From assembly GCA_001643675.2 (NCBI GenBank), contig LSRY02000025.1, positions 620,001 to 684,000 on the forward strand: a DNA stretch of 64,000 bases, in the 5' to 3' direction. The position numbers and the translations under genes were made by a program. Shown piece by piece: positions 13,411-27,158 of this stretch (position 1 is the stretch's first letter; every line of letters begins with the position of its first letter). Source of the DNA: Monocercomonoides exilis PA203. Taxonomy: Eukaryota > Protista > Preaxostyla. The notes under the pieces were generated by a model. The model searched no databases. It saw only the letters and a list, made by a program, of their open reading frames with translations, and was not told the origin of the DNA.

Positions 13411-13434
<24 letters not shown>
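11916..13434. repeat. Large palindrome / foldback: A42 + 689-bp arm (11958-12646) + 75-bp spacer + 689-bp arm (12722-13410) + T24
   Basis: Mirror coordinates sum to 25368 at every point checked; identical 91-aa ORFs appear at 12051-12326 (+) and 13042-13317 (-); ends read GGGAACTGG and CCAGTTCCC. Confidence 0.97.
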
Positions 13435-13441
<7 letters not shown>

Positions 13442-13907
13442 GGACAATAGTTTTTTATTGTTTTTGTTTTGAATCATTTTTCATTTTCAAATCAATTTTC
13501 TAAAATTGTTATTTAAATATTCCATTTATAATTTTGATTGCGTGACATTCCAAAACAGGAAAAAATGAACCAGAAATATGGATATTCCTCTCAGAAAGTC
13601 CACAAATAAGTGAAAGAGTTTCATGTTAAATGTATGTTTTCTCGAACAGGTGACAATCTGGTTTTTTTCCAATTTAACCATTCTTTCATTTCTCTTTTTC
13701 ATGCATGCATATCCTATCTTGAAATAAATGAATTCGCATTAAACGTTGAATCTGTTCGTGATTTCTTGAAATGAAAGAAAAAGAAAAAAGAAAAATGAAT
13801 TAAAACATAAATAAATAAATAAATCAGCTTTCAGTTACTTTCGTTTCGCAAATTGCTTTTTCTCAAGTTTTGATATTTTGCATTTTTTCTCTTCTGTAAA
13901 ATTCTTT

Positions 13908-16900
13908 TCAATTCTTTGTAATTCTGCCAATTGAATGTACACCTTTCCATTTTGGATCCTCTCCAACTGAAACCATTTCCAGCAGTCCGCTCAGCATCTG
14001 ACTCGCATTCCTGCTGCTAGTCTCATCGCCACGAGATTTGTACCACTCCGCTGCTACTCGTATTCCTGCCACAGCTCCGCTTTCTTTCACAAGCGCAAGC
14101 CGGGAGCTCTTCACTTCCGTTGCAGCAGCTCGGAGCACTGCTGCTGCATCGCAGACAACCGTGCTGCTCCACATGTACTGCTCCAACAGCTTGCACACTG
14201 TTGGCACGCCTCCTGCTTGAACAAACGCTACTGTATTTGTATGAGTGCGAAGGAGCAGCAATATACAAGATAATGACCTGTGCACAAGCCCTGATGAACC
14301 TTCCACTCGTCCTGTAGCTCTGATTCTTTCATCTTCAATTTCTTTGGAATGACGATTCACTTCACGAAAGACTGATGCATTCTGCAGCTCATTTTCTTCC
14401 CTTTCTTTCTTTCTCATTCCTCTGATATTGGAATCGCCATGCTTCTGTGTGCAAACTCTGACAGTATTTAACAACAAAGGCAAAACAGAGCTCTTTTCAG
14501 CCTTTTCGCACACACTCACTGAAGATAAAAGCCCTTCAAGCGCTTTCACGCAACGCGAAATGCAAATCCAGTAGTTGCGTAATTTTTGTACACGAGCTGA
14601 AGAAGTTGATGCCAAGGCAACAGAACGAGACGGCATTGGCAGGCCAGAATAAGCAGAAGAATTCGTTGGAGACTGCTGGTGCATGCCGAATTGCAAAGAT
14701 TGGTCAGCTTGAGCAGATAATGTTGTTCTTTTGTCGCTAACAGACGGCCCACCAGCAACTGAAGCGCTTGCACCTGAAAAGGCGTTTAGATTCTTCGACA
14801 GAATTTCAGATAAGAATTCAATGCCGCCTTCTCTCGCCATCAGCAGGCGAGCTTTCTCTGTTATCTCGATATTCCAGAACAGGCAGCAAATGATAGTCTG
14901 CAGCTTTGAGTCTGAATCCTTCGGCATGTGCTGGCGAAGCGCCTGTTGAATGATAAGTGTGCCTCTGCGGATAATCGATGGAGCATACTCTTCTGTGAAT
15001 AAACAAAAATATTGCGAAAGAGAAGAAATGTTTCAAGAAAAATAAAAAAAAAAATTGAGATTCAAAGAAATTATTTCAGAAAAAAATATTTTGGTTGATG
15101 AATAAATTTTCACAATTCTTCATAAGCAAATGAACTCTGTTTAATTATTGTATTTCATTCAAAGCCTTTAAATTTTTAAGCTTCTTCTACATTTTTTTTT
15201 CTCTTTCTTTCTCTTTCTCCCATTTCAACGCATTTCAAAAATGAAAAAAACTCACCCGAAAAATTAAAATCCATTCAAAGCATACCTTGAGAAGCCATGC
15301 AGCACAAGCATGCAACAGCCGATTTGAGAATTTCGAACTGTCTGAAAAACAAGCTGGTGTCTCCTTCGCCTTCAACAATGTCGAGAAGCACTTCCATTCC
15401 TCCAGACGCAGCCAGAGCAGACACAATCTGCTTGTTAACATCATTCGTATCTGAGAAAGCACGCGAATTCGTCTTTGATTCTGCTGCTTTGGGAGTTGCT
15501 GTTGCTGTGAAGGTTGATGCGCTTTGGCGTTTTGACCTTGGAGTTGTCATACGTGGAGACACTAACGAATTCTGATTATATGTCGAGCTAAGTGAAGACG
15601 TCGATGCAATAAATTTGTTCCTTTCTTGATAAGACTGTCTTGGAGAATTAGCCATCTGAGTGGAAGCCGGAGAAGTTCTGCTTGCCGACAACTCATTTGA
15701 ATGACCTAACTTTGGAGATGCAACGCGGAGTGAGCGATTTGGTGAGGCAGGAATTATCCTGCTTTTTGTAGCTGTATGAGATTGCTTTGGCGTAACTGCA
15801 TAGCTTCTTGGAGTTCTGCAAGTTTCTTCTCCTTTTTGCTCCATCATGGTTTCTTCATTGTCTGGGCTGCTTTCATTTCCATCGCCCATCAGATTCCACA
15901 GCGCATACAGCAAAAAGCGAACTGTATCCACGTGAACTCTCAGCGCATTGCGAAGCATCCGCTTCTCTGTTCGAGACAATCGTTGCCTTTTGGTGCTCGA
16001 AACTGATGAGGAAGAGGAGGATGACGAAAGAGCAGCAGACAGAAGCTGATCTGACGAAAGAGAAGACACACGGATGTGTGTGTTGACAGCCTGCATCAGA
16101 CTCACAACAATAGGCGTTGAACGGAAGGAAGCAGAAGCGCAATTAGAAACGCCATTCTTCTCCATTTCCCCAGCTGCAGATAGCTGATGGAGGAAATGAG
16201 CGTGGCACTTCTGATGAACAGACAGCAATGCGAGAATGCCGCTGCAAAGACACGAAATGGCATCTCTCATCATCCAGTCGCAGAATCGATCTCTTTCCTT
16301 TGTCGTGTTGTGATCAGCTTCAGCAGGAGCCGAACCACTTTTCAATTGAGATGTGTAAGGGCTTTCATAAGATGATGTGTTTGAGTACATTGAATACATG
16401 CTCGAATCATTGCACAATGTTCTGCTTGCACAGTCAGTCTCATTGCTGAACTCTTCTTCTTCCAACTTCTTCAGAAACTCGAACTCCTCTTTCCTTCTCT
16501 GCATCCTGGCTTCTTTGGCCTCTTCTCGCTTCATCGTCGTTGTCATCGGAGTCGTCAAGGGTGTTATGAGTGTGGCGGGCAAGCAGAAGACAGTTGGTGT
16601 CTGTGGAACTTCCAGCGGAGCGAGGAGCCTTTTCGTGGAAGACACAGATGGAATACTGCTTGTCTGCTTTTCATCAGATGATGATGCATCAATTGAAATC
16701 GATTCCTTATGCATATCTTCATACATTCTATTATTTTCAACGCTTTGCTCTTTTTCTTCAACTTTCTCGTTCTGTCCTTCTCCAAATCTCCTTTCTTCAC
16801 CGAAATCTTTCCAATTGCTATTTTCAGTCGAAAAAGCATCAGCAGCAGAAGAAGAAGAAAAGCTCTCAGCAGAATGAGCCAAGCACGTTCTCTCAACAAC

Positions 16901-19900
16901 TGCCAATGCAAAGCCCACAGCATCAACAGCACCAATGTGATGCAGCCACCCACATACCGAATGAGATGAAGAGGAAGCATCGAAGACGATTGAAACAAGA
17001 GTGTACAGATGGTCCAGGAGAAACGACAAATGCGAGAATGAATGCAAATGTTGCGTGGTTTGTGAAGGCACAGCGGGATTTTCAGCTGTTTCTGTGTTGT
17101 TCTGTTTTGGTGACGAAGCCTCGAAATAATCAGAAGTGTCTAGTTCTTCTTCTCTTGTCTGCTTCTCCTTTTGGCTGTTCAATTCGATTCTCAAAACAAA
17201 ATAGCGCTGAGAAACATCTTTCAAGACGGACAAGAGCGTTTTGAGTATCTTCGGTGAATAACAAACAATTTCTTCTTCTTCCTCCTCCTCTTCCTCTTTC
17301 TTCTCTTCTTCCATTTCTCTGTATTTCATGTCCTTTCCACTTGTCATTCCCATTTTCCCTTCAATTCTTTCATCTTCTTCGTCTGCCATTCGGATTCGCG
17401 ATGGAATAGGAGAAGGAGGAAGGGGGTAATTTATGGGCGTCAGCAGAAAATCGCTTTTCCCTTCTTTCCCTTCCTCTGCTTCCAACTCAAAACCGCCAGA
17501 TTTTGTGAAGTCGGAATTAGAAGCGCTTGAATCAATAAGCATTTTAAGCTGTTTGCTTTGCTGCCTGAAATATAAGGCTGAACGAGAAAGTGCCAAAAAG
17601 ATGCGAAGAAGAAGAAGAGAAGATGAAGAAAAGGAGTAAATAGAAGCATTATTGCCTGGAGCAGCCAATCTGTTTGTTTGCGAAAGAGAAGAAGAGGAAT
17701 AAGCGTTATTAGGCGAAGACTGAAACGGTGAACCAGATTTCAAATGCTCGCCATGCAGATTGCTCTTCTTATCACCCACATTTTCAGCCTTTTTCCTGTT
17801 TTGCTTCGGAGCCTCTCTTTCTTTTCTATAAAGCGAAAGGAACAGCGACAGAACAAGCTCCACAATGTCCTTGTCAGCCAGAATCCTTCGCTCTGCTCCT
17901 TCGTCTGCCGGGATGAGAAAAGCAGATGCCTCCTCGTCAGCAGTGTGCGAGAACGTCGACACGTGAGACAGCAGCTGCGATGAAGATTGTCTCAACAGGA
18001 GAGACGTATATGAAGAATTGGACGAGGAAGAGGAAGAAGGAAACGAAGAAGAAGAAGAAGATACCATTTCGCCTGGTTTTGATTGCTCATCAGAAAAGCT
18101 TCCTCTTCTTGTTGAGGCAATCGAATTCAAGCCAGATGCGATTGGAGAAGGAAACAGGGACTGAAGTGCAGACGATGTTGCAGAGGAAGTTGGGGAAGGA
18201 GACATTGAGGATGATGAGGAGGAGGAAGAAGAATGGGAAGAAGAAGAAGATAAACTGAGAGAAGTAGCAAATAGAGGAGAGTAGTATGAAACAAACAATG
18301 TGAGTGAATTGAAGGAGCAGAGGAGGAACAGCGAGAAAAGGGCAGAGTGCACAATGGAGCAAGAAGACGCAGAAGACTCGATGTATTTTCTCTGCCACGC
18401 AACACATCGAAGCAGGATGTCATAAGGAAAGATGTGAGGAGTCTCAGAGAAGAAAGCCCTTTTGCTGTCGGAGAAGTGCTCGAATGAAACAGATGTGGTG
18501 AAGAGATAAGGAAAGAATACAGAAGAGAGAGAGGAGGAAGAGGAGGAAAGCTGAGGAGAAGAAGGCGGTGTTGTCAGTGGGGCGTCTCCATTTGCTGTGT
18601 CGTTCAGAAGATAATTGGATGTGCGAACTTCTTCGTCTAACAGCTTTGGACTGAACTTGCCGTTGGATGTGGGATGTCTTTGAGAAGGAGAATTGCAGTG
18701 TGATCTTGTGGAATGTGCGAAGGAGTGTGAGGATCCCTTTTTGGCTTCTTCTTCTGCTGCTTCTGTTTCTTCTGCTGCTGCTTTTGCGGCTTCTTCGATG
18801 CTTTGCATTTGCAGCAAATGGGCTTCGCTGCATTTCTGGATGTGTGCAGCGATCAAACGAGAATGGATTGAATATGCGAAAAGCGAGTGGAGGATTGAAA
18901 CAGCAACAGACAAGATGCGATATGGAATAACAGTGACTGAGAGAGAAGAGGAGGCGAAAGTGAAAGAAGAAGAGGAAGAAGAGGAAGTGGGTGACGTTGG
19001 TGATGGAAATTGTGATGGTGATTGAGTGATAGTTGGTCCGCCATTTGTGGAAGAAGAAGGAGAAGAAGACGAACAAACCATTGAAGAAAGCGAAGAGAAT
19101 GTAAACATCTCCACAATTGATAAATAAAGTCCAACAGAAGTCAAAGTTGATTGCTGCTCAGACTGCTCTGTGTAAGCTTCGTCATCATCAGCCACACTAT
19201 TTTGAACAGCACTCAATGCGTCCTCGCTACTTTCAAGGCAGCTTTCAGAACTTTCATCAGAAACTTTGTTGCTTCCTCCTTCTTCTCTGTCTTCTTCTTC
19301 TTCTTTCAAACTTCCTTGTCTCTTCTTCCTGTTTTTGTGGCTGGTTGCACTTTCGTTTGATGTCACAGCAAGTGCAAGCGAAGGAGCCAGCGATTCATCA
19401 GCTGCAATGTTTGAAGCAATTGACAGGAAAATGTACAAGTCATTCATCTTCCCTCTCTCTTTCTCTTCCAACTGCTCCCATTTCAGCGCTTCTGCCTCCG
19501 CCTTCGCCTTTTTGGCTTTGGCTTCTTTCCTTTTGAGCTTCCTTTCTTCCGCAGAGGAAGAAGTTGTTGCCGAAATTGAGGATGAAGCAGAAGAAGAAGA
19601 AGAAGAACTTGATTGAGAATCAGCTTTTCCACCTGAGTGTATTGATTCGAACGCCTTTTTTCTCCACTCCTTCTCCGCTTTTGCTGCATCTTTTCTCTTC
19701 TTCTCTTCTCTCTCTTTCTTTTTCCTTTCTATTTTGCAAATCGAAGTCAGTGTGTTTCTTGTCTCCTCCAACAGGAATGGAAGCAGATGGCGGTTCACAA
19801 AATGTGTTCTCAGAGAAACGTGCCGCGAACCATTCAGCAAAATGCTCCATCCAATCCGCTTCAGCGTCTGGCGAATGGAACGAAGAGATGAATATACACG

Positions 19901-22900
19901 ATCAGAAGAAGAAGAAGCTGATGAAGATGAAGACGATGAAGATGAAGTTGATGAAGCACTTGCATCTGCTGCTGATGATTTATGGTTTCGTTCAGAAGTG
20001 GTAATAGTTGATTTTGTTTCATTGCATTCATCGTCATTATCTTCTTCGTCATCTTCTTTTTCTTCTTTTTCTGCACTCAATTCTGTATTCTCTTCTTTTC
20101 CTTCACCTTCGATTCCCTGCCTGATGTCTATTCCTCTCAGAATCAGATAGCTCACTTCAGCAATCAGCTCTGCATTTCGCTGAGATACAAATTCAATCCA
20201 TTCTAATTTCCCTTCTGTTAATTTTGCAGTTGCTTTCTCCTCTTCTCTTCCGCTGGCTAACCTTCTCTCTTCTGCCTCTTCTTCTTCTTCTTGGCCTTCT
20301 TCTTCCTCTCCAATTTCTCCCATAAGGCCGTCATGTCTTGAAGCAATAGAATAAGATCTTTCTGGAAGAGCACAAATTAACTGCTGTGGCGAATGGAGAA
20401 GAATGTTGCAAAGAGCAGTCGAGGTGAACTTGATTAGCAAAAGTTTTGTTTGAAGAGGAAGGCTGCTCAAATGCTGATAAAATGCAGAACAAAAAGAAGG
20501 CAGCAAAAGTTGAGACAAGCTATTCTGATTGTCCTTATCCTCCACGTTTCTTTGAGAGAAGTCAGAATTAAAAGGATCATCCTGATTTTCTGTGAGACTA
20601 CTGCGAGATTGTGAAAGAGGTTTGTTTTCTGTGGATTGAATGGTCAGAGAAAGCAAAACAGTCAAATACGGAATCAATTGAGGAGCAAGCCTACGAAACA
20701 TGTTGCTCGCAGTCGGAGCAGACAAAGAGTCATAAAGAGAAAAAGAAAGAGGTTGTGAAGTGGATGAAGAGGAAGAGGAAGAAGAAGATGATGATTGTTG
20801 CTGAGATTGTGATTGAGGTGTTTTTGCTTCATCTGATGCAGACGATGTGAGACGAGCCAGTTCCGCAACAATAATGCCCAGTCGCTCAAATACAACCTCA
20901 CTGAAAAGAATGCATCTTCCTGAAATTTCTTCATCTCCACACAATCCACAATCTTGCTTTATCTCGTTGCAATCATTTTTTCCCCACTCCTTACTCAACT
21001 TCTTTTGCTTAGCTGGTGTCATCATTCGCTTTCTTTTCTCACGCTCTCCTCCACTTGTCGAGTCATCAGAAAGCACAACAGGAAGAAAAGAATGCCAAAT
21101 AGCCAGAAGCGGAAACGCCTCCAGCGGGGAAGTTAGCACAGCATTGCTCAAAGCAGAGAAGCTTTGAGCGTTTGAAGCTAATGGGCAAACAATAGCTGCG
21201 TTCAATTTGGGTGAAGCACCCAGAAGATGAATCAAAATGGCAAGCACATTCTCCACAATCAGTGAGATGGTGTTGGATTTGATCTGAGCTTCACTTTCAT
21301 TTGATTGGATTGCCTCACTTTCGTTTTTGTGATCTTTTTCTTCTTCCTCTTTTTCAGGTGATGATGTCTGAGAAAAGGAAGAAACAGGAGCAGAAGCAGA
21401 AGCAGAAGCAGACTGTGAGCTTTGCTGAGTTGTAATGCTTCGAATGCATCGGAGAGCTGCTCGATACAGACGAGGCACAAAATCGATTTTGAGGCATTCG
21501 TCAAACGACATTTCTGAAGCAATGCCATCGAAAAATAAATAGAAGTTGCCGGAATAATTGTGATAATTATGAAAAACATAATGAAAAGAAGAAAAAGAAT
21601 AGTAATTATAGCAATAAAGCCAAATCAATCATTCAATCATTCAATCAGTCGCAAACCGTCTTCTGTCAGAAACGCCAAAGCAGACGTTGCATTCAGCACC
21701 AGCTCCAGCCCGCCTTTCTTCATTTCTTCTGTGTTTCTTTCCCGTTCTTCACTTTCTCCTTCATTCAAATACCGAATTTCTTGCATCTCTTCTTCCTTTT
21801 CCCATTCTGCATCCTCTTGTTCTTCTCCTGGCAGCTCATCATTATAATTATCACCGTCTTCGTTGCCTTCGCACATTTCTGAATCTTCTTTTCTTTCTTT
21901 CTCGTTTTCTTTCTCTTCTTCGCATCCACGTTTCCCTTCTTCACAGCCTTCACTTCCGAATACATCAGGCCTCATTTCATCTTCAGACTGTTCTTTTGAT
22001 TTCATTTCACTTTTATTCAAAGTGCTATTCAATATTCTCTTTCTCTGTATGTTTCTCCCACACACGTGGCATTCAACAGTTGATATCACCAAGTCAATAA
22101 TGTTGGATTTTAGCACTTCTTTCCGTGCAGATGCTGATTGTGTCAGAACATTGAGGAATTGAAAGAAGTGTAAAACGAAAATTCACGAATAGAGAAATGT
22201 TATTCATGTGTGATTAATTCAACAAGAAGGTTTATTTATATCCATTTAAATGCAATTGGTTTGAAGAAAGGAGATTAATTATAAAAAAGAAAACAGAATA
22301 GAAAACTCTGGTATAAAATAAAGTGAAAATAAAAGATGCAAACGGTTTTTCGCAATGAAAGCGACAAGTCCAGTTGCGATTCTGGAAAGAGAAGGAGACG
22401 AAAGGGCATGCTGATTCAAAGCATTGACAACTGCTTTGATTGTGGAAGCATTCAAAACTTGGTTGAGCACTGTTTCTGTATGAAGGAGAACAAATGTTTA
22501 TTAAAAAAGAAAGAAAGAAAGAAAGAAAGAAAAGGAATATTTATTCAAATAAGAATAAAAGAAAAATAAATTTTTGGAAATAAAGAACATCGAAATATTT
22601 AAGTTGTTTGAAAGCAATAATAAAAAAAAGAAGATTTCAATTGGAAAATTAAAAAATTATAAAATTCAATATAAATTACCAATCAAAATTAAAACACGAA
22701 AATTGATAAAAATTTTTCAATTGTTTTTTAAAAAAAATTAAAATAACCAGAAAAATGATATACAAATCCACAAATGAAGTTTTAAAGGTTTAAAATAAAA
22801 ATGATTCACAAACCATCTTGCGAGAGTATTGTAAGCACAGACAGCGAAAGGTGTGTGATTGGAGCCGAATGCGGGTAGAGATCCAAGCAATCAACGCAAT

Positions 22901-24908
22901 TCAACACAATGTCGCTTTTCTTGACCTCAGTTGGAGAATAAACTGAATGATAAAAAGAAAATATGCATGCACGCAAAAACATAAATGATATGCAAAGAAA
23001 TAATAAAAGGACCGTTATAAAGAAAAGTTAACATGTTAACAATATACAAAGAAAACAATAAGAAGAAGGATTTAATTATAACAATAATTGAAGCATGCCT
23101 GCAAATGGTGCTATGAGAGACAGAATAGAATAAGTGAGAGGCTCTGACAAAAGAGCATTTGAAGCAGTAAGAGCAGCATTCAGCCCGTCAATGACGCCCG
23201 CACTAATCAACTTGTGGTGCAGTGACTCTGATAGAATGAAAATGGACAATGGCGAAATGAAATAGAAATTGATTTGGTTTCAAATGGCGAATAGGAAGGA
23301 AGAAAGAGAAGAAAACATAAAAACACAGAAAAATGGTGAGAGAAAATAAAAATCTTTTCATTTAAAAGAACCTTCCTATCTTTATCGCATTTGATATTAT
23401 GAAAATCTTGAATATTCTAATTGCACTTTCTTTCTCTTTCTCTTTCCCTTTCAACACAAAAACAGTTAGTTTAATTTTAAAAAGATCCTTTTCTATAATT
23501 TTTCCCTCTCTAAAGAAATGAATGAGCTTAAGCGTTTTTGCGCAATGCTCTGTTTAGAAACACACCATCCTCCATCCAGTTTCTTATGCACGAAAGAGCA
23601 GACTTCATAATTCTCAAATCAGCAGCAGCAAGTCGGTGATAGTTTTCTGAGCGTCGGATTCTGTCTATTTTTGACTGAACTGCCGTAGTTTCACTGCTCG
23701 TTCCATTTTCTTCGTTCTTTTCTGATGACGATGGAAATGAAGATTCAGAATCTGATGATTTCGAAGATTCGGGTATAATTTCATCAGCAACCAAAGGAGA
23801 TGAGTAATATATAAGCGTGTCAACTGCTGCTTTTATTCCACCATGCTCAATCATCGTGCTGACAGTTGTTTCTACATCAGTTATTTGAAATGTTTGCCAT
23901 TAAAGAATTGTTTAAGCCGTTAAAAAAACAATTTTATTAAAACAAAAGAAATATAAACCAATAAACATGGTTGAAAAGATAAATACAAATATTTGCAAAT
24001 TAATGATATTTTCACACTGTCTTTTGAAAAAATCTGAAGATCGGCTAAAAGAGATCTCATCACTGCTTGATTTTTACCAAAGCAAAAGTCAAAAGCAACA
24101 AGCATCGATTCAACAATTCCTTTGCTTACCATTTTTTTTAGTATTTGTTCTAATTGAATTATGAATTGTCAAAATTCATTTTCGATTTTGAAATCATCGA
24201 AAATTGCAAACCATGTTTCGATAAAAGTCTTATGCAATAAAATAACAACTGAACAATTGAAAGATTTTGGTCAATATATATCGTTAATGAATCCTTTAAT
24301 AGGTCAACTCCTCCCTTCGAAGAAAATATGTCCCTACTTGATGCTTTCGATCATAAATGAGTTTATAAAATTTCAGATTAAATTAAATTAATTTCTCAAA
24401 AGATTTAAAAAGTGCTTCAAACGATCTACCAGGAGGGATGCAATGGCTCTGAAAGCATGATAAACAATATCAAGATTTGTTTTTTGATATTTTCGGACAG
24501 TTTTGATCAATGTTTGAATGCCTCCAACACTTGCAATCTGTTCTCTATTTTGTTCTATAATTTTTACATATATAAATTATTAAATAATTCAATTTTTAAA
24601 AATCTAAATAAAACTTGTATAAGAGAATTTAAACAACAAGAGGCAAGATGTTTTTGTTATTGTTGGATTAAGAACTAGAAAACGCTTCAAATATGCAACA
24701 ATCACCTTTGGTGTATCTATAGTTATATTTTCTCCTGCGGCAATTGCATCCAAAGACGATTCATTCATCCCAATGTAAAAGGATGACGCAGTTGAAAGAA
24801 AAGACAATTCCCCAGTAGAAGGCGACACTTGACATTTACAAAATCAAAGAAAAAATACAAAATAGTGTTTAAAATATTTATTGATTAAATTGAGAACGAA
24901 CCATTCAT
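13908..24908 (-). CDS. Very large multi-exon armadillo-repeat protein (about 3000 aa) with Ser/Glu-rich insertions
   Basis: ARM-like units across successive exons: EQIASVGGIQTLIKTV (~24.5k), FSSKGGVDLLKDSL (~24.3k), MVSKGIVESMLVAF, MIEHGGIKAAVDTL, LISAGVIDGLNAAL, LAASGGMEVLLDIV, MAREGGIEFLSEIL, FVQAGGVPTVCKLL. About 11 GT-AG introns; one long exon at about 15286-21520. Start at 24908, or at 24953 via an ATG-only exon. Most internal boundaries are approximate. Confidence 0.8.
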
Positions 24909-25243
24909 CTAATGGAAAAAATATGCAGATTTTGAAAGAAGTGATCGTACCATGATAAAATATATAAAACTAAATTCTTTTGAATAAAGAATACAAAAAC
25001 TTAACTATTCGCATCATAAAACTTATAACATGCAAAAAATCAAAATATAAACGTTAATTTGAAATAAAAATCGCACCAAAAATAATCGGTGATGCTTTAT
25101 AATTGTTCTCTTTTTAGAAAAACATTTTTGTTAACGTTTTTTATTTTAACAAAAAATTTAGATAAAGATAACATCAAACATCCTAAATTACATCTTTAAA
25201 ATGAAGATAATTATCTTTGTAACCTGATAATTCAAGAGTGGAT

Positions 25244-26011
25244 CTATTCCATGTATTTGAATAACATCAACGAGCCGTACACAATCATTATAAAGACTCC
25301 GCCAACTGCATCTTCCAAATGACTCTTTAAATCATTGCTTTCATTTAACGGTTCATTCACCTTTCGGAAGTTTGCAGGTGTATATAACTTTTCTTTTTTG
25401 GATTTCTTTGAATCATCAATAAACTCGAGTGGTATAGTGTATTTTGTTGTGTAATTTGTAAAGCAGCAAACAAGAAATGCCATCAATATAGCAATAAATG
25501 CGTACAGTGCCATTTGTCTGTATACAAGAAGATGATAAACATCAATCGCAGTGGCAATCGTAAGGCCAATTTGAAGATAACGAAAATGCCTATATCTTCT
25601 GGCAGTTAAAACTGCAAGATAAAGTGACACGTACATAATAACAGCTAGCCCAACAGCTAAAACAATGTGTATGATATGCCATATGCGTTTAGGCGATATG
25701 ATGATTACCATTGGGAAAATCATAAGAAGAGAAGTGTACAGCATTTTGTGACCAACATCAGAAGTGTAGCCGAGTCGAACGAACAATCTTTGCACATTAA
25801 GATACAAAGAGACTCCTGTAAGTGTCCAATATATAACAAACAAGTAGTATTTCTTCCTTCCCAATGAGCTTAGAGAATTCTTTGCAGGATTTTGAAGATC
25901 AATGTAGTACATATCATACATCAACGCACCAACATAAAATGCCATGCACAGCACTTCATTTTGTGCTATTCTCCATGAAAATTCCTTAAATTTCTGGTAC
26001 AATTTTGTCAT
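25244..26011 (-). CDS. Intronless multi-pass membrane protein (about 255 aa, 6-7 TM segments), possibly DUF998/Frag1-DRAM-like
   Basis: Alternating hydrophobic segments from MTKLYQKF; NSLSSLG after TM1 and a P..IWHIIH motif. The family assignment is tentative. Confidence 0.65.
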   Translation of the reverse strand: MTKLYQKFKEFSWRIAQNEVLCMAFYVGALMYDMYYIDLQNPAKNSLSSLGRKKYYLFVIYWTLTGVSLYLNVQRLFVRLGYTSDVGHKMLYTSLLMIFPMVIIISPKRIWHIIHIVLAVGLAVIMYVSLYLAVLTARRYRHFRYLQIGLTIATAIDVYHLLVYRQMALYAFIAILMAFLVCCFTNYTTKYTIPLEFIDDSKKSKKEKLYTPANFRKVNEPLNESNDLKSHLEDAVGGVFIMIVYGSLMLFKYME

Positions 26012-26207
26012 TGAAAACAATTCAAATATCAAATAAGGAAATATCCCATATAATATAAATTTTTTGGAAACATTTCTGATAAAAATTGTTGCTTGATTAA
26101 TTCGAAGAAAAATTAGCAAAAATACTCTGTTATCATTAAAAGTTGATTGTTCCGGTCCCACTATAACAACAATACAGATCTTAAATAATAAATAGTTTTG
26201 TACAAAT

Positions 26208-27158
26208 ATGCTCACTTCATCTTTCACATCACTCATTTCATGCACACGATACTTATCGTCAATGCTACTCGTTCCACTTAAGTGGATAACGAAACAGTTT
26301 GTAGTTATTACTTTTCATTTATTGATATGTTACGTTTATTTATTCATTAAATATCTTTAAACTTTATGTTTTGCGATATCATTTACTTATAATGATGAAA
26401 ATAATTACAGAAAAACTGAAATAAAATCAGTGAAATCTCCTGTGAAACAACAAACTATTTCTGATAATGATCAAAATGCAATTCCGAAAGAAATAGCAAA
26501 AGTTGAAAAAGAATATCCAATGTTTAACGGACCATCAATTTTGTTGGCCGATGATTCATGTATTGAATCTGTTTCCGCAGCAATTACACTTTTAATATCA
26601 ATTCCGATTCCATCTGCTGTTATGAATAACAAAGGGCAAGACCCTGAATTTACTGAAGTTGGAAAGGAAATGAATAGGAAAGTTCAGCAATTTTATAAGT
26701 TTATTCGTCAATATTCATCGATTACGAATGGAGAAGTCATTTACTCATATGTTCTGCTATCTCGTTTGATAGATCAAGAAATTAGAGAGATGCAGGAAGA
26801 GAAAACTCCGTTAGTCTCTGAAGCAAACCTGGGAACTGTTTTCTTGTGCGCTCTTATGCTTGCAGTGAAAAATGCTCGTGATTCTCCTTATAGAAATGCA
26901 TGGTGGGCTCGGCTTTTCGGAGTTCCAATCGATATTCTTGATCAATCGGAGGTGATATTTTTAGAGAAAATTGGGTTTCATTGCTATATATCTGCGAAAG
27001 ATTACACAGATCTGGCAGATAAATTTCTTAAAGACAGCAGCGATGAAGAGAGCGTTTCCGAGGATGAAAAAAGTTCTTCTAGTGAAGATAGACAAATAAA
27101 TACCGAAGATTCAACTGAGAAAGCGACACCATCCAGCGGGAATGAAAAAGAAAATTAA
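26208..27158 (+). CDS. Cyclin-box protein of PHO80/P(U)-type or cyclin-Y-like class. Exons 26208-26296, 26411-27158
   Basis: NLGTVFLCALMLAVK..RDSPYRNAWWARLFGVPIDILDQSEVIFLEKIGF matches the cyclin N-domain pattern. Intron GTTTGT..TACAG (26297-26410) joins an upstream ATG in frame. Confidence 0.8.

Noticed and set aside
26012-26245. N-terminal 78-aa extension of the membrane-protein ORF
   Set aside because: Starts at GTG, overlaps the probable first exon of the cyclin gene and looks like AT-rich intergenic DNA; the ATG at 26011 is preferred
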